Assembly (NCBI GenBank): GCA_951406725.2 | Contig: OX597833.1 | Span: 7,378,001-7,442,000, forward strand | Direction of reading: 5' to 3' | Source of the DNA: Octopus vulgaris | Taxonomy: Eukaryota | DNA: 64,000 bases | In this document: positions 1-13,049 of the stretch, one piece after another | How the letters are laid out: each line of letters opens with the position of its first letter | Numbering within the stretch: position 1 is the stretch's first letter | Notes under the pieces: generated by a model | The model's input: the letters and a program-made list of their open reading frames with translations, nothing else | What the model was told of the DNA's origin: nothing | Databases searched by the model: none | Translations under genes and position numbers: made by a program

Positions 1-789
1 CTCTCACTCCCTCTCTCCTATCTCTCTCCCCCTCCTTTGCTTTCTCTTTCTTCCCCCTTTCTCTCTCTTTCCCTCTCTCTCCGCTCCAATAAGGAATGTA
101 CGAAGTTGGCCAAATTCCAAAACAACTGTGGAATTGTTTGGAATCAAAGACAAACAAATGACTCAGACAGACCCAGTTTCCACTCACCTGTTCTACCTTA
201 CCTAGTTTACCATATTTACCTGGAGTTTTTGGTGCTGTAATAGAATTATTTAGGGTACGGTGGATTGGAGTGTTGGGCGGGGTGGTTCTAGTTAAATGAT
301 GCAACTGAAGAAGGAGAGTGAAAGACACAAGGAGGGCTATGTTAGGAAATACACACACACACACAAACACACACATACATATGCATACATACACACACAC
401 ACACACACACAGACACACACACATATGCATACACACACACACACAGACACACACATGTGCATATATATCCGTATGCAAAGCACACTTATAAAGGCATACT
501 TGCGCAATCACGCAGAGAAATGCACGTTGCAGATGCATATATAACACGGGTGCACAAATTCCTTAGCATATGTATTCACTTAACACGTGCTGGCACGTAT
601 ATATACACGCACTTGAAGAAATACACCCGTACAGACATATACGTACAGAGACCCTCCACACACACATGAACATTCTGTGTGTATACATACATACATACAT
701 ACATACATACATACATACGTTCATACATAAATACATACGTACGTATATATGTATGTATGCATGTGTGTAGACATATATATATATATAGA

Positions 790-1440
<651 letters not shown>

Positions 1441-1928
1441 ATGTGAATATATGCTCATATACATATACACAAATGCAGATAGAAACTTAAGTGAGAGTGT
1501 GCGTGCGTATGTGCGTGCTTGCTAGCACGTGTCCCTGCATGTGCACATGTATACACTTGTTGGTGTGTTTATGTGTATACGTGTGAGGCTGGGGTGTGGT
1601 GGGGGAAGGTAGACACTTGATTCTATCATTGATGAGTGGTTGGCTAAAGTATAACTTTCCAGACATCTTTTCATATTTTTCTTGTTTCTTCCGCCCCAGC
1701 TCGCAAGAACACATGGAAATAATTAAGTTATATGAGCAACGTAGCGATAATTATAATGAGATAGACATGCAATCCACATATAGTCATTCATTTATCGCTT
1801 GAACATTTTACATTTAATGGTTTGGTAATGAGAGATGTTTAGTCAGACGTACTGATAACGTGGTTACTAGGTAAGTTGGTAGGTAACTGCAGAGACTGAT
1901 GGATGAATACATAACCAATTAGAAAGGT

Positions 1929-2139
1929 TTAGGCGTCTTTAAAGTCTTTAAAATCGGAGTTAGTCGTCCTTATATTATTCCAACTGACCGAAATTTTTCG
2001 ACTGCATAAAATATGTAGTTTGGTCAAAAACATCAGGATTTTGTCAGTGCAAATGAAGCGTTTGCCAAATTGCTTTGATATTCTTAGAACATAGCCTAAA
2101 TGATAAAACCGGGGGAAAATTTTAGAAACCATTCGTTTT

Positions 2140-2140
<1 letters not shown>
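1929..2140 (-). mobile_element. Possible Penelope-like ORF fragment next to (TA)n
   Basis: YHLGYVLRISKQFGKRF...KLHILCSRKI resembles the LPYIG..S..F.K.I linker of PLEs. Confidence 0.3.
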
Positions 2141-2215
<75 letters not shown>

Positions 2216-2399
2216 GATGATCATTGCCTTCTTGCAACATGGCCAAATGTGATGGCTCTCATCTTCCAAGAGATGTTAGCAGGAACGACTATGAGGTGCA
2301 TAGAATTAGAAAAACCTCTAAATTTGTTTAGGGAAATACGTTTAAGAATTGCCATCGAATTACTGTTAATTTTCTGTAGAATATGAAAATTCTACATGC

Positions 2400-2990
2400 A
2401 AATAAATTCAGTCATTACCAAAACCTTAACAGCGTCAATACATAGGCAAAAATTTGATCATAAATACCATCACCATTTTAATAAAAGTTCCATTAAGAAA
2501 AAGATTTCCTGTAAATATTTTGCGAACCATTTTAATTTTCGTCTCATTTTTTTTTTTTTAATCTTCATTGCTACAAACAATTGCCATTTTAGGGATTTTA
2601 ATTGTCTTTCGAAAGTTCAAGTATATTGTGCTGAATCAGTGAATCAAACAAGAGAATAAGTGTTTCCAAGAATTATATAAGTTTATTGAGAATCACTTTA
2701 AGATGTGCCTTCATCAAAAAATACAATTAAAAAATTGGGGAAAGTATTTCTCTCAAGCCCCTCGCGTCACATTTGGTTTTAAAAGAAACATGTTCGGTGG
2801 CGTTTAAAATTCGAAACGGAATTCTCAGTCTTGCTACTTTAAAGGTCTATGGTAGTTCTTCATTCAAATTAATGTTGTCAACTCTGCTTAAGCAAGAAAT
2901 TATTTATACTACTACAAAATAACGATAATTTAAGTAAATGATCAGAGATGTTGAGCCATTACAGACACATCGCGAAATACTTTCTTAGCT
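2400..2990 (+). mobile_element. Degenerate Penelope-like element, GIY-YIG endonuclease / C-terminal remnant
   Basis: Fragmented translation HHHFNKSSIKKKISC, NCLSKVQVYCAE, CQLCLS, SEMLSHYRHIAKYFL resembles PLE motifs (FNRNTVKISYSC, CLTKSVVYKA, CNLCLTEK, SELVSKCRH); many stops and frameshifts. Confidence 0.55.
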
Positions 2991-3372
2991 ACCATGTTCT
3001 TCCAAATAGTTGAGTCAAGAAATATATATTCGACTTGGCTGAACACTTTGAATTATATAACCCTTTTTATCTCCACTTTCAAAAATTTAAAGTCACCTAA
3101 AAATTTTAAATAATTTCGAAAATTAACATTCATACAGCACCACTCAACTGCCACGCAATTTTGGGCCAAAAAACTATATTCTTTGTGTGTAATAAATATC
3201 TTTTTTAACTTCAGATTCTTTGCAAAAAATCTGTTATTTGATGTAATGTATGTTTACAGAATGTGGAGTGTGTTTGTGTTTATTCGTGTTCGTAAACCAT
3301 TCTGTGTGAAATTCATTCCGGAATCAGATTGTATCCGAATCCAAAGTCTTTTATTATGCAAATCTCTTTCAG

Positions 3373-3450
3373 CCTTCTGCAGTACCGAGTCACAGCTGGA
3401 AAGCCATTCGTGATGTGGAAGGCTATACAAAGCCACACATGTCATGGGAG
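3373..3450 (+). CDS. Internal exon of an uncharacterised plus-strand gene (PSAVPSHSWKAIRDVEGYTKPHMSWE)
   Basis: atctctttcag acceptor, GAG|GTCAGT donor, 78 nt, phase 0-0, joins in frame to the 5754 exon. Confidence 0.7.
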
Positions 3451-3649
3451 GTCAGTTCGAATTGCTGGTAGCTTAGCTTCACCTTGCTTACTAGAACACG
3501 CACACTTGCCAAATTGCCAGCTTGTTGCCAAATAGCCAGCTTGCCAATTTTCCAGTTATTGCTGCACGTATTCTTCAAGCAATGCAACAGATCAGTATTA
3601 CAATATGTGTTGAGAGTCTCTAACACACAAACACCTACACACATACACT

Positions 3650-3732
3650 CGTACACGCACGCATGCATGCACACATACATACATACATACATACATATAT
3701 ACATACATATACACACACACGCACACATGCAC

Positions 3733-3763
<31 letters not shown>

Positions 3764-3941
3764 CACACACACACGCACGCATGCATGCATGCACACATAC
3801 ATACATACATACATACATATACACACACACACGCACGCATGCATGCATGCACACATACATACATACATACATACATATACACACACACACGCACGCATGC
3901 ATGCATGCACACATACATGCATACATACATACATACATACA

Positions 3942-3973
<32 letters not shown>

Positions 3974-4001
3974 CACACACACACGCACGCATGCATGCAT
4001 G

Positions 4002-4040
<39 letters not shown>
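3650..4040. repeat. Compound (CATA)n/(CA)n/(GCAT)n microsatellite with a ~58-bp higher-order unit
   Basis: Direct inspection. Confidence 0.9.
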
Positions 4041-4047
<7 letters not shown>

Positions 4048-4246
4048 AGAAAAATAGAGCACTGACGAGTAGCTTAGTAGTGTTTAATACAATGCAACGC
4101 AGTCAACTGTTTGGACCAACGAGGGATTCACAGTTTCTCATGTAATTATGCTATAAAAATACTCATCAGGCATTCTGTCCATCGCCGAGACTATGGCATA
4201 ATCAGGCGAAAGAACTTATAGCTATATGAGCTCTTAAACTTTAATA

Positions 4247-4305
<59 letters not shown>

Positions 4306-4399
4306 TAAATTAGAAAAAAAACACCTTTTATCAATTCAAAATGAAAAATTAAATTACACCATCTAGAAAATTACATATAATAGAAAGATTAAATTTCTA

Positions 4400-4447
<48 letters not shown>

Positions 4448-4532
4448 TTGCGAAATTTGATCTAGTAATTACTAAATTGAATTTTTTCCTGTAAGCTTGG
4501 AATAATATTCCCTCATATTATTATACATAACC

Positions 4533-4564
<32 letters not shown>

Positions 4565-4565
4565 G

Positions 4566-4600
<35 letters not shown>

Positions 4601-5260
4601 GATCAGATAAATTGTCGACTGCAACGGCTTTTGTAAATACTGCTGCTTATAATATTGCTTTCCTGTTGGGTAGTTTACCCTGTTATTGTTTATTCTTGTT
4701 AAATTTTGCAAAAGTTTGAAATAAATTCTTCGGATCATTGACCTGATTCCGATTCTGTCCACAAACACGTTCGCGTGTAAAGAATATATAACAAAGAAAA
4801 CAAGTTGGATAATTAATTCATTAGCTTACAGTTGTTTCCATTGTGAGGGAAAAACATTTCAAACTTGTTTTCCTTTGTTATTCATTCTTAACATACGAGT
4901 CTCTATTTTCTTGCTGCCTGTGTCTTCATCAAGAAACGAGGCTGGTCAGTATATAAGTCTATCGTTTTGTGAGGGCTGCAGAGAGACCTATAAGTATAAA
5001 TACATTAAGTTCCAACGGAAAAGTTCTATATAATGCTAGGGTAAATCAAAACCACACACACACACACACACCACACACTAATCATTGGCGATTTTCCTGC
5101 AACGAGTATCAAAACCGAGACAGTGCGTGGAGCATGCGGAAGCGCTGATCTACAAGGCTGATGTTTAGTCCAGCAAACAAACATGTACTTAAGGAAATCT
5201 ATTTGAAATGCTCCTCTAGTTTTCTGTTTTTTTATTCATTCATGCATCTACATGGTTAAT

Positions 5261-5640
5261 GTGGAGGCACAATGGCCCAGTGGTTAGAGCAGCGGACTTG
5301 CGGTCGTAGGATCGCAGTTTCGATTCCCAGACCGGGCGTTATGAGTGTTTATTGAGCAAAAGCACCTAAAGCTCCACGAGGCTCCGGTACGAGGAGTGGT
5401 GGCGAACCCTGCTCTACCCTCTCACCACAAACTTTCTCCCACTCTCTCTGTTTCTGTTTTACCTGTATTTCAAGGGGTCAGTCTTGTCACACTCTGTGTC
5501 ACGCTGAATCTCCCCGAGAACTACGTTAAGGGTATACGTGTCTGTGGAGTGCTCAGACTCTTGCGCGTTAATTTCACGAGCAGGCTGTTCCGTTGATCGG
5601 ATCAACTGGAACCCTCGTCGTCGTAACCGACGGAGCGCCA
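5261..5640 (+). mobile_element. tRNA-derived SINE, family A (related copies near 5990-6210 +, 20745-21091 +, 32325-32700 -, 32980-33280 -, 43575-43853 -, 44360-44640 -)
   Basis: A-box TGGCCCAGTGG and B-box-like GTTTCGATTCC head; body shared with the 32325-32700 copy. Confidence 0.85.
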
Positions 5641-5753
5641 CGATTTATGGTTAATGATTAATTCTACGATCTGTCTGGTCATTCACTGTTTATTTATTTG
5701 CTTTTTAGCATTCTGTATATATTTATGTGTTTTTTTAAATTTTCTCTGTCCAG

Positions 5754-5881
5754 TACCGACTTGATGCTGACGCCGGCGCGGAGCACCAGATTCCTAAAGG
5801 AACCGTACCCTACGTTCACGTGCGAGATCAAGTGAGAGGTGTGCAGGACAAGATGGATCGTCACCGGCAGTTGCTTGACAG
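5754..5881 (+). CDS. Internal exon of the same gene (YRLDADAGAEHQIPKGTVPYVHVRDQVRGVQDKMDRHRQLLD)
   Basis: ttttctctgtccag acceptor, CAG|GTAAAA donor, GC-rich non-repetitive island, only the phase-0 frame is open. Confidence 0.8.
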
Positions 5882-6205
5882 GTAAAACTTTTCTTCATCT
5901 AACAATCCGCCGAGATTCTCACTCGGGGCTGTATTTACTCATAAGTTAAATCAACCACTGCTAAAAGCAATGTCTGTGAACAATATACATTGTGAAGGCG
6001 CGTGGCCGAGTGGTTAGATCGCGGGTTCGATTCCACACCGAGCGTCGCGTTGTGTTCTTGAGCAAAACACTTCATTTCACGTTGGTGCTGTCTCCTTTCC
6101 ATCAAGGGGGAGTGGTGGCGATATTTAATGGCTAAAACGATGCAAAGCGCATTGTGACCAGCGATGTGTAACACCATCTGCTAGCCTGGTAGGTCACGTG
6201 ATCAC

Positions 6206-6242
<37 letters not shown>

Positions 6243-6493
6243 TACAAGGAAAAGTGGAGGGTAACTTCGTTCGAAGTTGCAGACATGGAGTTTTCATCAG
6301 ATTGGCTGACGAACACCACAAAACCAAAACTTCGAAGTCACGATCAACCTTTTCCTTGTACAATAAAAGAAAATGCTACGCGATCCTTCCGTTTAATGTG
6401 TGACTGCTTTTGCGCATAATTATGCGCAAATGCATTTATGTGTATTACGGAGATGTACTTGCAAGGATTTGAGATCGTGTGCTGAAACAAAAA

Positions 6494-6761
6494 CAATTGC
6501 AGCGTGGAAGGCGTTTATAAGCCATTTAAGAAACACACAAAATCCGTTAGATTCACTTCAGAATTTAACGGTTTTCGTGTGTTTTTAAATTTGTCAAAAT
6601 ATTTTCGTCGCTTTGAAACCGCGACCTGTTCACTGACAAAATTCCGTGCTCAGTGAACAGGTCGCAGTCTCAAAGCGACGAAAATATTTAAATGTTACAG
6701 TGTTTCTAACGGTTTTTGTGTGTTCTTAAATGGCTTATAATCACCTTCCACGCTGCAATTG
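6494..6761. repeat. Long imperfect palindrome (MITE-like fold-back)
   Basis: Outer arms CAATTGCAGCGTGGAAGG...; inner ~40-bp arms AAATATTTTCGTCGCTTTGA...GACCTGTTCACTGA with a 13-nt loop. Confidence 0.85.
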
Positions 6762-7027
6762 CATATATGTGTAGATATGTATAAACGTGTGTGCGTCTAT
6801 ATGCGCGCGAATGCGTGTGTTTCGTGCAAGTATGTTTGAAAAAATAATTGATATTGTAAGTGAAAATTTGGACGGTTATAAAATTTCAAATTTCTTATAA
6901 CGTTATCGCTGGTAGTTTTGTAGTCCTCAAATAAAAGCAGTGGATTTCTCTCTTCGTCCGATTCCTGTTGTCAGAATAAAAGACACAGCTTATTAATGAC
7001 TGTATGCATCTGTTTGTATCTTTTCAG

Positions 7028-7100
7028 ATATTATGACCGACCAGCGATGGATGTGCTCGACACCCACACTTCTGGGCTGGGTCATTCTGGCGCACGTACG
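7028..7100 (+). CDS. Internal exon of the same gene (R-YYDRPAMDVLDTHTSGLGHSGART)
   Basis: tcttttcag acceptor in phase 2 matches the previous exon; ACG|GTATGT donor in phase 0; read-through would stop at TAA 7155-7157. Confidence 0.75.
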
Positions 7101-7216
7101 GTATGTCATCGTTATAATCTCCGTCGATATCCTCAGATTATTCTAGAAGAGCTTTAATGAGAATTCAATGAATTCCTGCGTATAATTCTATATCGTTTTA
7201 TAGTCGTAATGTGGGA

Positions 7217-7684
7217 ACATACATACATACATACATACATACATACATGCATGCATACATACATACATACATACATACATACATACATACATACATACAC
7301 ACATACATACATACATACATACATACATGCATACATACATACATGCATACATACATACATACATACATACATACATACATTCATACATACATACATACAT
7401 ACATACATACATACATACATACATACATACACACATACATACAAACATACATACATACATACATACATACATACACACATACATACATACATACATACAT
7501 ACATACATACATACATACATACATACATACATACATACATACATACATACATACACACATACATACATACATACATGCGTACATACGTACATACATACAT
7601 ACGTACATACATACATACATACATACATACATACATACATACATACATACATACATACATACGTACATGCGTACATACATACAT

Positions 7685-7715
<31 letters not shown>

Positions 7716-7730
7716 TACATATATACATAC
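7217..7730. repeat. (CATA)n microsatellite
   Basis: Direct inspection. Confidence 0.95.
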
Positions 7731-8028
7731 TGGCATACCATATACTTATAAGAATGACACATTTATATAGATACAAATATTAATGATAATAATCGCTTCT
7801 ACTATAGGCACAAGGCCTGAAATTTTGGGGGTCGATTACTAGTCGATTACATCGACCCCAGTGGTTAACTGGTACTTATTTTATCGACCCCTAAAGGATG
7901 AAATGTAAAATCGACTTCGGCGGAATTTGAACTCAGAACGTAATAACTGGTGAAATAGCGCTAAGCATTTCGTCCAGCACGCTAACGATTCTGCCAGTTC
8001 GCCACTTTAAACATTTTGCCCGACGTTC

Positions 8029-8080
<52 letters not shown>

Positions 8081-8489
8081 TGTAATAGAGGTCTCAAATT
8101 TCGTCACAAGGGCAGCAGTTTTAGGGAAAGGGGTAAGTCGATTACATTGCTCCCCCCTTCACCCCCCGTGCGCAGCTGGTACTTATTTTATCGACCCTGA
8201 ATGGATGAAAGTTGAAGCCGACCTCGGAAGAACTTGAGCTTAGAACGTAAAAAGTCGGATGAAATGCCACTAAGCATTTTATCCGACGTGCTAATGAGTC
8301 TGCCGACTCACTGCCATTACAACAACAACAACAACAATACTTTGTAATTTTAGCACAAAGCCAGCAATTTTGAGGGGAGGGGTAGTCGGTTATATTGATT
8401 CCAGTATTTGACGGGTTCTTTATTTTATCGACTCAGAAAAAATGAAAGGGTAAATTGTCCTCGGCGGAATTTGAACTTAGACCCTAAGG

Positions 8490-8708
8490 CAGTGCTTTTC
8501 AAACTTTTTGCTGGAGCGGAACCCCAAGGAAACATTCCACTGGCTCGAGGAACCCCTGTGCAATAATTTAATTGTCTTATGCACACATATCTACACAGGA
8601 GAATTAAAAATTACTGCCGATTTTAGCAGTTTTGTAACTTCTTGCGGAACCCCTGGACTGTACTGGCGGAACCCTAAGGTTCCGCGGAACCCTGGTTGAA
8701 AACCACTG
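8490..8708. mobile_element. hAT (Charlie-like) MITE
   Basis: TIRs CAGTG(C/G)TTTTCAA; perfect 8-bp TSD CCCTAAGG at 8482-8489 and 8709-8716; internal GGAACCC repeats. Confidence 0.9.
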
Positions 8709-9759
8709 CCCTAAGGAGATGGAATAAATATTGCAATTCATCTTCTTTTTTTTCCTTTCCGAGGCCCTAACCATTCTATCGATCCAAACACAACGGTTTG
8801 ATGGCCATGACGAAGTTACTTCCCTTATCATTTACCATGTCTTAGAGTTACCTTCCTTAAAATACTTCGTGTGTTTTTTTAAACCGTTCTTCTTTCAACG
8901 CAAATTTAATGAGAATATTAAATTAGTCTAAGCAAAATTGTATTTTTTGTTGTTGTTGTCTGAAGACATTGTTTATCGATTTCTGTCATCTTTTCAACTT
9001 CGCGATTCACTGAAGAACCAGTAAAATTTCACTCGGTTCTTTTTCTCGAAAAGTTTAAGCAAAAAATATTTTGAATTTAAAAAGTTAGCCAAAACAAGGG
9101 AACGACGATTGCTTATATTGTCCCCAGAAATAAAGAGAAAGAAAAAAAAGGAGGGGATTGAAACAGAAAAGCACAGAACTTAAATTCCCAGAGGAATTCT
9201 CTCCTGAGGCCCAAAGACTGTCTTCTTCCGCCTTATTAGACTTCTCTTGGTGCCAACACTACCATAACTACAGCACATCACCACTCCACAACCGCCCACC
9301 ACAAATAACAACGAAAGCAGCAACACCACTTCAATACTAGCACCGACACTACCACACCTCCAACCACCACAAACAAAACTACTGCCAAAGCTACAACAAA
9401 CCGAGATTTAATTGCTTCAATTTTTATTTCTGAGTAAAGTCTAGGAATAATTAAATCCTTCAATATTAGAATGTAAGCCAGATACAGGATGAGAATGGAA
9501 AATGAATTCTAAAAATCATAGGAAAGAAAATAAGCTCTAAGACTCTCAGAAACCAGGATCGAATGATCTAGACGTATTGTCGATGTTTAAATTGGCTTCG
9601 TATATCTGATATCCTGTTTGATATTCTTGATATTCCGTACGATAGTCTATAATAATAATAATAATAATAATAATGATTTCAAATTTGGGTACAAGGCCAG
9701 TAATTTCAGGGTGGGGGTAAAGTCGATTACATCGACCTCAGTACTCAACTGGTACTTAT

Positions 9760-9822
<63 letters not shown>

Positions 9823-10619
9823 GCCCTGATGCAGTACCAGGCAGTGGCTCTCATGGCTTCTGATCTTAACTGATTGGAAGTGTTATCATGTACATTGTTT
9901 TGTCTTGGTATAAAAGATGGGCTACATCAAATATTCTGCTCAATACCACAGATTTGCTTGTCAGTTGTTTGACCTTAACCAGTTGAGCATGTCCCTTAGT
10001 GGCTGACGATATGAGCATCTCTGATCACGAGCAGAAGTAGTGGGGGAGCATCATGGCCATGTGTTGAGAGGGATTCTTTGGAGTTTGAATGGTTCACCTC
10101 TGGAAACATAGGTGTTTAGTTCAACATCCTAAAGCAACCCTTATTCAGGGACCGTTAGAGCAGGATGGGCTACTCAACCTGAAGAAAATTCTAACTGGGC
10201 CCCACCTGCAAGGTCATGTGCTGTTTATCTTGATATGAGATCACCATGTCGCGCACATATGGTTGTGATGCATGTGCCTGGTGTACCTTTATCAGACGGG
10301 TAGTCATGATGGGTATATTGGGCTTCGTATATTTTACCCCAGTGTCACTTTGATGGCATGAACTGCTCTCTCACTCAATAATAATAATAATAATAAAAAT
10401 AATCCTTTCTATTATTAAGGCCTGAATATTTGGGGGAGGAGATAGTCGATTACATCGACCCCAGTGTTTCACTGGTACTTAATTTATCGACCCCTAAAGG
10501 TCATCAACCCTACAAGGGCAAAGTCGACCTCGGCGAAGTTTGAACTCAGAACGTAGTGGCAGACGAAATGCCGCTGAGCATTTCGCCCATTGTGCTAACG
10601 ATTCTGCCAGCTCGCCGTC

Positions 10620-10685
<66 letters not shown>

Positions 10686-12614
10686 GTTGTAATAAAATGA
10701 TAATGGTATTAATGATAATAGTAATTACAGTATTGGTAATAATAATAATGAAAATTATAGATTTCAAAGAATACTATTTTTTAAATAATTTTATTTAATT
10801 ATTTATTGATTTTTGTTTCTATGTTATTTGAAATTATGCTGTGATTATTTTCTATACATGTTTTATTTTGTTCCTCATGTAGCATTGCTTTGAAAAAAAA
10901 AATTCTTTGATTTTTTTTTTTTTTTTTTCTAAAAAAAAAAAAAAACTATCGGACTAGCGCATGCTTTATTTGTCTCGTTCCGCTATATCGATTGGTCTGT
11001 CAAATATTGGTGTGAAGACACGCAGCTTTTCAGTGCACCCTTTAAAAAAAGCATTTGAGAACCGCAAATACTTCCCCCCATGCCCCCCACCCACGCCGCC
11101 GTATTTTTTAAAAAATTTTATTTTATTTTATTTTATTTATTTATTTTTTTTTATATAGATAAAAGTTGACCACGTTCACATTAAGTTTCTGCAAACGTCA
11201 CGCCTCTCTCCACCGATTCATTATTGACCACACCCACCTAACTGACCCTTGGTCACCGACCACAATCACTGCATGATCATTCTGTGTATCACCGTTAAAA
11301 AATCAAGGGATCAGCAAAAGACAAAAAAGGGGGCGAGGTGGTTCGACCAGTTACTCCTTCTCTCACTCCTTCTCCCATCATTCTTCTCCTCCTTCTTCTA
11401 CTCCTCCCACTCTTTCTCCTTCTTCTTTCCCTCCTCCCGTGTATTCTTTGTACTCCTCCCACCCGTTCTTTTACTCCTTCTCTCACCTCTCCCATGCATT
11501 TTCATACTCCTTCCTCTTCTTCTGTTTCTTCTACTCCTTCACCTCTTCCTCCTACTCATTCATAACCCCGCCCCTCTTTATTGGTATTTGTTATCCTCCA
11601 CCTTCTACCCACTACCATGTATATATCCCATCGATCTCCATTTAGCACGTTACCACCACCACCACCACCACCTTCACTATTGGCATCCACCATCTATATC
11701 ACATCCTCCTGTTACCTGCCCCACCACCGCAACCATCCTCTCTCGCCAACGCATCATCCTCATCCCAGGTGGCTACAGCTAGTTGTGTTTCATGTCTCTG
11801 TTCTTATCTGGCACTCATGATTCTTTAGTTGTCATGTGATTGTGTCATGTGATTGTACCATGTGATGTTTTGGAAACACAAAAATCCTATTTCCTTATTT
11901 CTGATCTGTGCAAAACAACAACAGCAGCAACATCACCACCACCAGTTCCTGACTCTAATTCACCAATCCATCAAACAATCTTCGGTTGTTCGATGTAAAA
12001 TATCTTTGGAATCTGGTTCTTATTTTGGAAAGATTCCAAACCAACCAAATACTTCTCTGCTATCATACAAACAACGTCATACAAGCTGGACCAAACTTTA
12101 TGCACATCGACAAACTTACTATATATTATATCTAATAAGAATAATTTCTTTCTCATCGGCCTCTATTAATGAAAGATTTGTTTTCCGAGGCTGATGAAGC
12201 AAAAAGACACAGAAATACATACATCCTATGATCTAATGGCATCATTCATTGCACAAAACGTATTTTTGCACATGTCTAAGAGGAGAATTTTCTCCAGGGA
12301 CTATTTCTGCAGCGAGATGCTTTATCACGTTGGAATGCACTCAATCGTGTTAAATATGACTTTACATTAATATACTTCATTCAACGCTGCTTTGTGCAAT
12401 AATACTTATTTAATTATAGCTTGACTAAGCTTTACGCACATCAACAAACCTACTGTGTGCTCTTTTAATAAGAATAGCTTCGTTCTTATCAGACTATGTG
12501 TGGTGGTACATATGGTTTTCGTGGCTGACGAAGCGAAAGGACACAGAAATGCGTCCAATGATCCACTGACGTTATTCACAGCTCAAAATATGTTTTCACA
12601 TAAATGTGTGTGCG

Positions 12615-12687
<73 letters not shown>

Positions 12688-12825
12688 GAGGTGAATTTTC
12701 TCTTGGGATTGTTCCTACATCAGAGGGTCTTACCACGCACGAATGCACTCGAACATGTTACCATTTTGTGGTACGTTTATCTATACTATAAATTACTTAA
12801 GGCACACTGCAGTACAGTATCAGCC

Positions 12826-13049
<224 letters not shown>

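Noticed and set aside
1700-1802. Acceptor-like ccgccccag followed by an open frame
   Set aside because: No phase-compatible donor to join the exon at 3373
4052-4170. CTGACGAG and CTGATGAG cores on opposite strands
   Set aside because: No properly placed stem II/GAAA/UH or stem I; not called as hammerheads
5270-5340. tRNA-like A/B-box sequences (also 20752-20820 and 33205-33277)
   Set aside because: They are SINE heads continuing into shared SINE bodies; no complete cloverleaf
8731-8931. 66-aa ORF after a pyrimidine tract as a further exon of the plus-strand gene
   Set aside because: The acceptor would be a rare GAG and the peptide has no supporting features
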